Positions 1 to 12,139 of a stretch of DNA of 64,000 nt are shown piece after piece. Numbering within the stretch: position 1 is the stretch's first letter; each line of letters starts with the position of its first letter. This stretch comes from Tubulanus polymorphus (taxonomy: Eukaryota > Animalia > Nemertea): contig NC_134031.1 in assembly GCF_964204645.1 (NCBI RefSeq), forward strand, positions 14,371,807 to 14,435,806. The letters run 5' to 3'. A program made the translations under genes and the position numbers. The notes beneath the pieces are model-generated. The model was not told where the DNA came from. It saw only the letters and a program-made list of their open reading frames with translations, and did no database searches.

Positions 1-665
1 ACTGCGGGTTGGTTGTGGCGGTTCAGGAGGTACTGCGGGTTGGTTGGGTGGTTGATGAGGTACTGTGGGTTGGTTGTGGTGGTTGAGGAGGTACTGCGGG
101 TTGGTTGGGTGGTTGAGGAGGTACTGCGGATTGGTTGTGGTGGTTGAGGAGGTAATGCGGGTTGGTTGTTGCGGTTGAGGAGGTACTTCGGGTTGGTTGT
201 GACGGTTGAGGAGGTACTGCGGGTTGGTTGTGATGGTTGAGGAGGTACTGCGGGTTGGTTGTGATGGTTGAGGAGGTACTGCGGGTTGGTTGTGGCGGTT
301 GAGGAGGTACTGCGGGTTGGTTGTGGTGGTTGAGCAGGTCCTGCGGGTTGGTTGGGTGGTTGAGGAGGTACTGCGGGTTGGTTGTGATGGTTGAGGAGGT
401 ACTGCGGGTTGGTTGTGATGGTTGAGGAGGTACTGCGGGTTGGTTGTGGCGGTTGAGGAGGTACTGCGGGTTGGTTGTGGTGGTTGAGCAGGTCCTGCGG
501 GTTGGTTGGGTGGTTGAGGAGGTACTGCGGGTTGGTTGTGGCGGTTGATGAGGTACTGCGGGTTGGTTGTGGTGGTTGATGAGGTACTGCGGGTTGGTTG
601 TGATGGTTGATGAGGTACTGTGGGTTGGTTGTGATGGTTGATGAGGTACTGCCGATTGGTTGGTG
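1..665. repeat. 31-bp G-rich minisatellite (29-bp variants), runs off the left edge
   Basis: Unit tgaggaggtactgcgggttggttgtgatggt, about 21 copies. Confidence 0.95.
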
Positions 666-2124
666 CTGTGTCCACAAACAGCATAGATAATGATGCACTG
701 TGTGTCAATAATTGTTACAGATAACAAGAGTTAAGGTATCCACTCAAAACGTTCTTACGCAAAATAAATATTGGCAGTGAAATGATTAACGAATAAAAGA
801 ACCCGCGACGAGGAGGACATCGATGTGTGGTCCGGTATTAACCGAGTATCGCACATTGTAAACATAACACGGACGGGGAACCTCGAAAATTGATGGATGG
901 GCCACTCCACGTGAACTATCATTGATAGAATGCGGAGTCACCCGTCTATCGTGGTTTTAGCTCTAATAGGGATTTCATATATTTTAGCACGCTGTCATGA
1001 TACAAGTGGTTTTTCCTGCAACACTTGGAATATTCAATTGCTAATGTTTGACTCACTTACCTTCTCTATAGACTGAATGTTTTGGTAACGAATGGTTTTT
1101 TTCCAATCATTCAAGTGTTAAAATAGTGTTTTTACTCATTAGTGAACCCAAACCTGTTTTTTCTTTAGATGTCCCTATTCTGATGGTAAACAATTAATTC
1201 CCAATTCATATCTCGTATTTTCAATATAATTTTAGTAAATCGGAAATATATAGTTTTTGTTGATAGAACAGGCCCCTCGTCGCAGGCGGGTCATCTGAGA
1301 GCACTTATAAGAAAAATTAACATAAACACGACACTGTTGTCCTGGTACCGGTTGTGGACCAAGGTCCAGTTGCCGAGAAAAGTAGATAATTGATAGAGGT
1401 GTTGCCTTGCTGTTCTCGCCCACCTCCCTTGGATTACAGTCCAACGTTTCATGTTCAATATTTTTCAGGTTTCATTTTCGAACCTCGAGAGCAAATTTTT
1501 CAGATTTTTCCAGGAATTTTAATGAACACAAGTAATGAAGCTATTATCCTCCGTCACACGTGTACATACAGCAGACTTAACCCCGCGGGATTGAAGGTGA
1601 CCATTTGAGTTACCGCTTCCTTCGCGTTTCGAGACAGATGGCTTTTTCTGTCGTCGCACGTACGAAAAGCAAACAAGAGATCTATTTCAGAGAAGGAGTG
1701 TTCCGGCGAGCAGACGATCCTAGATCATTGATGAAACACTCTTGCATTCGTGTTGTAACGACGGTATGAAATCCCGCACGACCCAACTACACGCGAGGAA
1801 AAATCCTGTATTTTCAACCTTTCAATCCCAAGAAGCTGCTTTATCGGATCCACATTTTAAATGGCGGCTCCGTTAAGGCTTCTCGCGAGAATAACCCAAC
1901 GTAGCCGCTTAAAAAAACTCGCCTTTTCACTCTCATGAGGATGTATGGCCATGAAAAAGCGGCTCCTTTGAGTTTTTTTAACAGTGGCAGCACCGTTCTA
2001 AGCTTCCACCTCTGGGTTTTATGAACTCGACATTTCTCTATTTGCATTTCTCGGTTGTTATATACTGTATTTCATTCATTACATTTCCTCTGTCTTTCCA
2101 AAGTGTATAGTCGATAAGCCCACA

Positions 2125-2320
2125 CCAGCAATGGATGATAAAGCCTGGAATGTCCCCTTGTTAGTTTATTCAACGTTCCGACTACATCCTTACAGTCATC
2201 ATGGTCATATTCAGTTCTGTTCAGTTACAGCCTCAGTATTTCCGACGATGATATTCCAGGAGCGCAGAAACGTCAAATATTAGATTAGTTAAAAGAAACT
2301 TTTCTGACTTTATTTTTCAT
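2125..2320. mobile_element. Degenerate inverted pair of the same hammerhead-repeat family
   Basis: Minus copy ~2167-2204 (ATGA-T-GACT...AGTC-GGAAC-GTT-GAATA); plus copy 2237-2279 (TATTT-CCGACGA...GAAAC-GTC-AAATA). Confidence 0.55.
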
Positions 2321-4771
2321 TCTTACGTAGAATAGAATCCTTGTCGTTGTTGTCATGTGAACGGATCGGTTTTTTTCCGTTGCGACGATCGCTTTAATAA
2401 TTTGATTGAAATTGTTCAGAACGTGCACCTGTGGGTCATTTGAAAATAACTGATGTGGAAAGCGCTCAAACGAAATACAACGTTAGAAAAATCTTCATGA
2501 TCAAATCGCGTATTCATCTATCCCCGTCATCAATAAACTCTTTGAAACGCAGTCTGTTATGAAATCCTTTAATCTTTTAAATTATCCGCGTTTTGAACGG
2601 TTTTAGTTGATTAATAGTGCGAGCTCGATACGTCTGCCAGGCAGCCTCGCAGTCGCGTCGCGTGTTGGTATTTGAACTAATTACGATAGTGAATTGGCTC
2701 GGTGATACTGCGCGCCGAGTAGATCAGTACACTGAATCAGGATGACAACCATTGCGTGACGGATAATTTATCGTCTGCTAATTTCATTCTTCTATTTAGA
2801 ATCTTCTGACGTGTTGTTTTAATGGCGTTAAAACGATATTTAAATTTTTTTGCCGCACACACATTTTCTGGTACGGATTCCGACATTTTAAGAATGGAAC
2901 TAGAACGGGTTTGGCAGGGCGAACTTCGGTAATACGGAGTTGGTCGACTATATACAGTCGAAAACGGAGAAACCGAATGTCAGTCAGTCGGAAATATAGC
3001 CCGGAAGTGGTCGACCGACAACGGTGATTGAGCACGGGTGCTGTAGTTCGGAATTATTTCCATCCGGTGAATTCGACTATATTCTTAAAAAATGTTGCTC
3101 AATGATATGCCGGCGGCGAAAGCTCAATTGAAGGGGGGTTTGGGGTTCCTCCCCAAGAAAAATTCGAAAAATGACTCTTTTCCTTTGTATCAAAAGGCAA
3201 TCTGGAGCTGTTAGATAAGGTACTTATTAGGAAATATGTTATTCACATTTCTCTGACTATATTCTGGAATACTGACAGTGGAATATAGCTTGGATCCGCC
3301 CCTGCAGACGCGGAGAAGTGCGTTACACCCACCGAACTACAGTGCGTTCGGTTATTGGTTCTGACCATTAGTCGACTACAGTTACGGAAACCGAGGTTTT
3401 TTCCTGGCTGTTACAATCAAAACAGGACCATCAGATCAGTTGTAATCAAATTCTCGTGTTGAATGAGAGAACCCCCAAAACTAGCCCGAACTGTGAAGCG
3501 CAGACTGGAAATATTCCGAACTGTGGTCGCATTTCTAGGCTAGATGAGGTCGTCATTAGAAGTAATTCCCAATTCGGAAGTCCAAATGAACATGTCTCGG
3601 TTGACGAGGAAGACGGGAACACAATGAAATTATGTAACAAGATGTCCTTATACATACAAAATAGAAACTGACTGACGAGTGGTCTCCCTTCTCCAAACAC
3701 AATTAGCACAAATAGACCAGCGGCAAAGAAGGCTAGGCAACACGGAAATACAGAAAAAGATAAACAACTACCTTTGTATAAAACCTCAAAATGAATCCAC
3801 TACAACGTGAGCTTTATTTCGTGAACTTTTTAAGTATTGTTTCGCTAACGAGCTCCATGGAAACTGCTATAAATGGCACTAGCGTACGGTGTGTCTACAG
3901 CACACAGCTGCTGCAGTCGGACAGAGAGCGCTCGAATCGTGATACGTTACCTAACCCCCAGGATCCAGTTCCACTGTTCTGAGTTAAGATTTGACTCAGA
4001 GTTAACTCGTTGAAAATGTACTGAATTTACTCGGAGTTAACTTTAACTCACGGACCCTGATGTACCTTGTTCACGGGCCTGGTCAGAATTGTACTTAAGA
4101 CAATCATGACTTCGTCGTGGACTGGACTCATATCTAAGCCTCGACAGGTTTCAAGATCTACGCAGTGTTCCACAGTCGGTCATTGTCATTGAGTTAACTC
4201 ATTGAAATTTGTATGGACTATGAAATATCGTATGGACAAATTTCGATCAACCCATCCAGAGTTAACTCTAACTGATACTGTAAAATTCTAGTTCCCGGCA
4301 CAGCTGCGAGGAACAGTCAAAACTCGACTGAGAGAACTGCGGAATCTTGTAGTACCGCGCTCGGGTAAAATAGTCACCACAATGAATAGGTCTGGAATCC
4401 AGCAAGATAAAGTGCCGATTGTAACGAACAGGCCCTGTGGGGATACTGCTGCAGTCTCGCTACGTGTGAATTTTTTAATATATATTTATTCAGATTAGCG
4501 ACGGACACGCGAGCGATAGAAGGGTAACACTATACACCGGCGGTTATTTTATGGTTATTCACCGGCATCAATTAATTTTATATCAGGGACTAGTTTTACC
4601 CCGGGGTCCTATCGATGTGTTATGAGATTCCTTTCAGTCCAATCTCGTGCGACTACACTTTCCGCTTACCCCTCCAGCTATATTTAAACAGTAACTAATT
4701 ACGTTCGTCAATTTTCTGGTTATCATTATTGCATGCGTGCAATTTTTCCATTGAAAAATCAGTCATTATCA

Positions 4772-4906
4772 GGGCCAAGTTGCACAGTCGTGACTTAAGT
4801 CTAAAAGTGGTCTTAAATCTTAAGACTGGTCTTAGGTCGTTAGATTGGCTATAGAAGTAAGTTGGTCTTAGACTGGTCTTAAGTCTAAGCCATATGCAAC
4901 CGGTCC
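4772..4906. mobile_element. MITE family A (gttgcacagtcgtgacttaag termini)
   Basis: Terminal inverted repeats. Related copies at ~4935-5140, 10790-10905, 21322-21470, 29390-29460, 34410-34520, 50720-50850 and 58720-58830. Confidence 0.65.
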
Positions 4907-6282
4907 GTGAGGCTGTCGCCTGGATCCGTCATCAGAGCCCGGTTGCACAGTCTTGACTTAAGTAAATAGTTGGTCTAAAACCAATCTTAAAAAATATAGA
5001 CCGGTCTTAGACCTGTTGCATAGTCAAATCTGTTAAAAATTGGTCGTAGATTTTAAGACTTGGTTTTAAAACTGAAGATAACTATTGACATGGCTAAAAT
5101 TCGTTAAGACTGGTCTTAGACCAACTTAGAGACCGTTCTAGTATCTGAGATGAGTACAGCAGGAACAAGAGTGAAAGATTCCGTGGAAACCACGAGTGGT
5201 TCTTAAGCCCAGTTTAACTTAAAACGTTCCGATTCATTGACAGTGAATTTAGTGGGGGAAGTAAATTGTGACTCCTGTGCCCATAGAGACCATGCCCGAC
5301 CAGGCCCTCAATGTGAGTATTCCTGTTCCTGTGAAAAGAACCAGAGGCACTCTCTGAGAGCCCATGAACCTATGATACCATTATATGTGTAAGAGATTAA
5401 GTGATTGCTACAACCATTATCCGACCCCTTATAACCAACAGTTACTGCCGGCCCCTATCGACCATTAATGTAATACAAACATTAAGCATCTTTAGTGTCC
5501 GATAATGGCGCCCTCTATCTAACAATTAAAACAATTAAGTAATCAAACTGTTGGCGACCTCCATTGACCAATATAGCAATCGTAAGCGACACCTTGAGTA
5601 CTACAAACTACACTATGAAAACAAACTTAGAGTTTGCGCCCCCTAATGACCATTGATGCAATTAATATGTAAAGGTCAATTGGTAGTCTGATTCATTATT
5701 TGTCGGCACATTAGCCACCGTACCCGTATAGATCATGCCTAATGTGACCGACCGACCGCCATAGCAGCCATTTTGATTTATTGAATATCGCGCCGCTGAT
5801 AAAGAGTGAAAAATGAGAGTTTTAGATGAGGAATTACGAGAGCGACCGCGAGACGTTCATTTATCTTTTGGCAAATCGATCTCCGAATGAAGGCGGTGGT
5901 ATATTCTAAAGATCGGGGGCGCGCCTAATGATGCGAGCAAGCGATCTTACTACTGCGCGCTGATTGCACCAGTCCGTCCGTCCGCACACGAGCATAGTCT
6001 GCGTGTACCCACATCGTCCGTGTGCCTGCCACAGCCGCACACGAGTTTTATACTAATCGACTGACAACTAAACCATTATCTTTCTCCAGTTTTTCTCTCG
6101 CTAAACTTTATAAACAATTCCAATCAAAATACCAGCTGAATTCCATTAAGTTTCAGCGCGTCAGGAGACACGTGTTCATTTAGCATTGACATCGCACACC
6201 GCGGGTTCTAACAGTTTATTGCTTGCATCATTTCACACTGTAATTGCAAAAAACAGGGGCTTCTACATTTCCACACTTCAGA

Positions 6283-6395
6283 ACCCAGTTCCACAGTTCT
6301 GGACTCAGTGTCACAGTTTAAAGCCCGGTTCTACAGTTTAGGATCCAGTTCCACGGTGCCGCACCAAGTTCCGTAGTTCTGGACTCAGTTCTACA
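6283..6395. repeat. 20-bp tandem repeat matching the MITE family B terminus
   Basis: ~6 copies of gga(c/t)ccagttccacagttct. Confidence 0.75.
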
Positions 6396-7206
6396 CCATC
6401 CGCAATTCCGAAATCAGTTTTAGGGGTCAATAGGTGAAAAGATAAATATCTAACAGTTATTGGCACCAAAGCATTTCGAATAATTTTGATAAAAAGCATC
6501 ACGTAGGCCTATAGAAGGTTGTAAACAGAACTTAACAGATGAAGTTAATCAAATATGTAAGTTGCAATTGTAGCTAGTAGTCGCGAGACATAATCCAGAG
6601 GCATGCAGTCACTGATCTTAAGATGTTTTTTACCTAGTAGGCATAACAGAGCAAGTATCCAGAGGCCTATCGGCATGCAGTCACTGACCTTTAGATGTTT
6701 TTGTTATCAGACCGGCGTAAACAAGTAAGCTTTTAAGTCAGGAATCTGTACACAGTATCTCAGTCTTTCATCCGTCTGAGAGGCGTCACACAATGACATT
6801 TATACGTCACCAATGAACGGAAATACTGTGCGGATAACCATGAAATAACCATATCTACACCTCAATGTCTAATGTACGGAAATTAAACGCTGATTACAAT
6901 GTGTCAGGAAAACCAGCGGAACCCGGTTTTCATTTAGCCGAATGAGTTTAATAGATCATTATTATTCATTGCTGTAACTGGTTGAGATATTCCTCACTTG
7001 GCATGTGACCTGGGCCAAGTTTTATAGATTGGTATTACATTTAACCCGGGGGCTAACTCAACTCATTTTCCCCCGGGTTTACCAATCTATAAAACCGGCC
7101 TCTGGTGTTATGGAGTGGCATTCTTTCTTCATATATAATTTCCATGAATGACGAGTTTAGAAATAAAGAAATGGGTTACGGCCAGTGAACCTTGCAACTA
7201 GGCCTA

Positions 7207-7689
7207 ATGTCTATTTCAACTTGACTTGAGCGCACATCGGGTGGCCTAGCTCAGTCAGTTTTGGTGGTACATATACCTGATGAAAGTCTTATTAGGACCA
7301 GATAGCACTGGCATGTGACCAAAACATTGATTTTTATACCATTCTTCACTTTATTGAAGGATGTCAAAGAATGTCTGCATTGAAAGTGGTTCATGAGAGA
7401 AAAGAGTCTCCATGGTTTGAAAGTTTAACGATATGTTTCCATGCCTACCAACTGACGTTTGGTATATAGGCATGGAAACATATTGTTCAACTTTCAAATC
7501 ACGGAGTCTCTTTTCTCTTTTCACATTTTTGGATATCCTCCAATAAAGTGAAGAATGGATTAAAAATCAATGTTTAAGGTCAACTGTCATTGCTTTCTGG
7601 TCCTAATAAGACTTCTATCAGGTATGTACCACCAAAACTGACTGAGCTAGGCCACCCGGTATGCCCTAAAGTCAGGTTGAAAAAGACAT
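7207..7689. repeat. ~480-bp imperfect palindrome (foldback) with hammerhead-like motifs in both arms; Penelope pLTR-like
   Basis: Arms 7207-7451 and 7459-7689 are reverse complements with scattered mismatches and indels; 7-nt loop. CTGATGA-a-agtcttattaggac-ca-GA(T/A)A in each arm. Confidence 0.8.
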
Positions 7690-7772
7690 CATTTATACTT
7701 AGTTCCACAGATGTCGGATGAGAAGTGACTTTTTATTGTTCTGGCAACACGTGAAACTCAGGTTAAGAGATG

Positions 7773-9271
7773 GGCTCAAGTATAGTATAGGTTAGTTTTA
7801 CGACATCGCCGACATTGCTGACATTGGGAAAGAGATGTCAAAAGTAGGTTAGTTTTACTTGCCGACATCGCCGATATTGCCGACATTGGGAAAGAGATTT
7901 TTAAAGTAGGTTAATTGGCTCAAGTATAAAATATGGAAAAGTAGTCCAATGGCCTTTTTACCTGACGTATCAATACGCGCAATGCTGACCGATCTGCCAA
8001 TCTTAACATTCCCGACATACCGGCACTCCCGACATACCGGCACTCCCGACATAGGCCTACCGACAATTCGACATAACGGCACTCCCGACATACAGGCACT
8101 CCCGACATTCCGGCATACCGGCTTTCCCGACATACCGACATACCGACGATCCGACATACCGGCACTCCCGACATACCGACAATTCGACATGCCGGCACTC
8201 CCGACATACCCGCAATCTGACACACCGACACTCCCGACATACCGACACTCCGACATACCCGACATACCGGTAATCCGACAAACCGGCACTCCGGCAATAA
8301 TGCTGCAAACCTACATACAGACATTCCAGTCATTATTTGACCAGGCCAGTTGTTTCGAGAATATATAGTTATAACGTGTTCGGTTCCCAATAATCCCCTA
8401 AAGAGAGATGCTGGAATCATGGGGCGTTCGGTTCCTAATAATCCTCTGTAGAGAAATACCGGGATCGTGGGCGTTTGGTTCCTAATATTCCCCTGTACAG
8501 AGGTGCTGGAATCGTGGTATGTCAAATTGTCGGGTATGTCGGATTGCCGGTATGTCGGTATGTCGGGAGTGTCGGAATGTCGGGATTGCCGATGTTATTA
8601 TTCAAATACAGAATCATGAACCGAATCACTCATTCATTTTATCTTAAGCTTCCGCAATGAGGGACTATATTACCATATTTTATACTTGATCCGGTTAGTT
8701 TTACTTGCCGACCTCGCTGACATTGCCGACATTGGAAATGAGATTTTTAATGTAAGTTGGTTTTAGGCCTACTTGCTAACATTGCCGACATCGCCGACAT
8801 TGGGATCGACGGACTGGGTGTGTGCGTGGATTTCCCTTATATAAAGTGGCTGGATCGAGGGCTGTGTGTGTGCGTGGTAAAGTGGCTTGGATCGAGGGGC
8901 TGGGTGTGTGCGTGGATTACCCTTATAGGCCTATAACGTGGCTGGGATCGAGGGGCTGGGTGTGTGCGTGGATTACCCTTATATAAAGTGGCTGGGATCG
9001 AGGGCCCTGTGTGCGTGCGTAGATTACCCTTATATAAAGTGGCTGGGATCGAGAGGCTGAATGTTTGCGTGATATACCCTTATATAAAGTGGCTGGGATC
9101 CGTCGATCCCAATGTCGGCGATGTCGGCAATAAAAACTTGCCTACATCCAATTGACGGCACTTCTTGCTGTATGATATCTTAACATTGCGTCTGAGAAGC
9201 CAAATCACAACTTTCGTTTCTATATAATCATACACCGAAGGAACTACAATCCCATGTACTATACTTGATCC
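7773..9271. mobile_element. Non-autonomous foldback-type DNA element (outer element of a nested pair)
   Basis: Termini GGCTCAAGTATAGTA / TACTATACTTGATCC. Internal ccgacat subrepeats and a 33-bp perfect inverted repeat (8781-8813 / ~9099-9131) enclosing ~6 copies of a ~50-bp unit. Confidence 0.65.
7917..8692. mobile_element. Related foldback element nested inside the outer one, with 8-bp TSD
   Basis: TIRs GGCTCAAGTATAAAATATGGAAAAGTAGTCC / GGACTATATTACCATATTTTATACTTGATCC; flanks ggttaatt (7909-7916) and ggttagtt (8693-8700). Inverted cccgacataccggcact arrays surround three ~48-bp central repeats. Confidence 0.75.
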
Positions 9272-11184
9272 AACTTGAGTTGGGAGGGGGGCTAGGAATC
9301 CAACTCTGGCAATCAATTGTAAGCGAATAGTGTTCTGTCAAGCATTTGCTAGAGAACTTGAGGGGGTGGGAAACTACATGTAATCAATAATTGTATGGGA
9401 AAGCTACTGCGGCGAGTGGTTGCGAAGGAAAGCTACTGTGGCGAGCGGTTTGTGTAGCGACTGGATGGATATAGAATGAAAAGCGACTCGTGGAATTACG
9501 TGAACTAATTAAGCGTTTCTCATATCCATCAATAGCGACGTTTATGAGTAGTAACAATACGTAGAGAAATGAACTGACGCAGAACGCGACGATTCTACGA
9601 GTACCGTTCACTGTCGGGGACAATAGTTGAAAAATGATACCGTAACGAATCGACGACACATCGTATCGGCAATTCTATACCGGGCTACGATATCACTATT
9701 CATTTCCACCGTGTTAGTTGTCAACAATTCGGTCGGTTTCAATCAGTCACCAGGCAGCGACGATCATTCCGTTCGGCTTTTTCCGGTTGTTTCCGGATAG
9801 TCTGCGCCTTGTAGGCCTATAGGGGATAACCGTTTTCTTTATTTTTCACACCGAATTTGAAAATAATGTCAAACGATTGGTTAATGAGTGCAAGTGCGCG
9901 TGACGCCGCCGTCGTTGATTATTGGTCAAAAGCCTTCAACGATTTGCATAAAGTCCTGAAAATTTGAAATCGTCTCTTTTTTCTACCGCATCGAATTGAG
10001 TCCATAAGATAAAACTTATCACCAAGTCAATGGTAATATAACGACAATGGAAAATGGGGAACGAGAAACCTCTGGGATGCAACGCAAATCATCTATCCTG
10101 TATAACTACCAAATATGGTGTTGTTCATATTTAATGGATATTTATTAGTGTTGATAAAATGGATTTATTTTTGAGACAATTCGTTGCATGTAACTGGAAA
10201 TCATATAAAGGTCGTTTTCATGCGAAAATCAAATAGAAAAGAGATTACTTTTAAACTTGTACTAATATTACTATCCACTGATGGCAAATAATCCATCACC
10301 TGGGAGATGAGTATTTGAATACTGAGTTAAGTGACGCACTACGCTCGCTCTACAGGGAATTGTAACATTAAACAGAAACCGAAATTCTGCTAAAAGCTTT
10401 ACCAGATTTTTTCCCGACCATCGGAAAATGCTATTTCGCATTTCTTCTTCCATAGGGAGTGTTTTATCATAGCCCAGTAAATCCGCTCAGTTTTTGCGGA
10501 GTTGTGTTCGGACGCGGGGTTTCGCTGTTTATTTTGACTGGCGTTTTAACTTCCTAATGCGTTCCGAATTTCAGCAACGCAATTAATGACACGTTTGGGA
10601 TCGTTTTTCACACAACCCCCGAGAGCGAATCTCGGCTTGGTTACTGCTGCCGCTACTGCAGCTGCGGCTGTGGAACACAAATGTTCTGCTACGAAAACTC
10701 TAAGCTCTGTTTGTTCAGTCTTTATGACTCATGGTACTGTAATAAACTAAAAAATTGGAAATCCTGTTGGGGGATACTGTAAGACCGCTGGGCCAAGTAC
10801 TACCATCACTTAATCCTATAAGTGTTCTTAAATCTTAAGATGTGGTCTTAAATTATTAGATTGGCTATATAGAACTAAGATGGTCTTAGACGGGTTGTGC
10901 AATGACCCCTAAATCTCTCTGTGAAATAAGCTCTTGTTCTTCAAAGGTTTCGTCGCTGATTCGCGAACCAAAAATCTCATCCAATTTCTCTTCCAATTTT
11001 GACACTTTGGACAAATATATAGGCCTACTCCATTTGTAACCAGTTTTGTTTGCCAGAGTAAAATCTAACCCGTGATAGAACTGGATCCAATGTCAAGTCA
11101 GGTTTTGTAGCAATAAATTACCATCTCCCAGTTGCCAAAATGCTTAATTTTTGAATTAATCCGCCTATATTGGACTGATTCTAA

Positions 11185-11430
11185 TGATCGACTGATTTTA
11201 CTCGTCGACAATGTCTACAATCCTAAATGTCGACCGATTTTACTTGTAGACAATTTCTACAACCCTGATTGTCGACCGATTGAACTCGTCGACAACATGT
11301 CTACAACCCTGATGGTCGACTGATTGTACTCGTCGACAACATGTCTACAATTTACCTCTTACAATCTCAGGATTGTCTGACCAATTTTACCTGTCGACAA
11401 CTCCGACGATTTTAAATTGCCGAACGACTT
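11185..11430. repeat. ~42-bp minisatellite
   Basis: tactcgtcgacaatgtctacaa(t/c)cctgattgtcgaccgattt, 4-5 copies. Confidence 0.85.
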
Positions 11431-12139
11431 ACTTCATTAAAGAAAACCCACCAAGCTGGACCTTGACCTATATCGGAGTTGAACCGTTTATCTCTAAAAG
11501 CGATTTCTTTGTTAAAACTACGTTTTGAAATTAGGCCTAAAATAATTCAACTTTAAAGTCAAATTAAACCATTAATTATGGAATTAGGTTCTGGGTCATG
11601 GGACGTCCGGAATTTTTTTTTTTTTTTACTTATTGCTGTAAACAAAAACCCCCTCCATTCATTACGTGATTGAGAGTAAAGAATGTGATTTATTTCTAGC
11701 TATAACATCCCCCTCCCACACACACGCACACACACGCGATCTGTAAACACCTAATAACTTTACGTTAGGATCTCAAGTTGTAATTTTGCTGTCTACGATT
11801 ATTTTCTACCCATTCGGTTAAAAGGCGAAAACTTATAAACAAGTTTTACGATAACCAGAAGGATCTCAAGAACAACTGCAGTTTACAACCACTTGTGTGT
11901 GAAACGTGGAATAACAGAGATTTTTTGCACTAAACCCATCACATGCGATATCAGCGCGCAACGATTTACAAATACCGAAAACTAATAGTAGAATTGTTGG
12001 AATTGTTTAGCTTGATCAGTATTTTAGGTGATTTGATTTAAAAACAGCTCCCATATTTCAATTCCGTTGTTTAAACAAATACGTATAAAATCCCACACAA
12101 AGATTAAGAGGAAGCCGGCATAATTCCTTTAACTAGAAA

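Noticed and set aside
23-727. 234-aa P/Q/T/H-rich ORF
   Set aside because: Translation of a 31-bp minisatellite cycling through three frames; no non-repeat coding support.
7855-8660. Cys/Arg-rich and Pro/Thr-rich ORFs on both strands
   Set aside because: Arise from ccgacat subrepeats within a foldback element.
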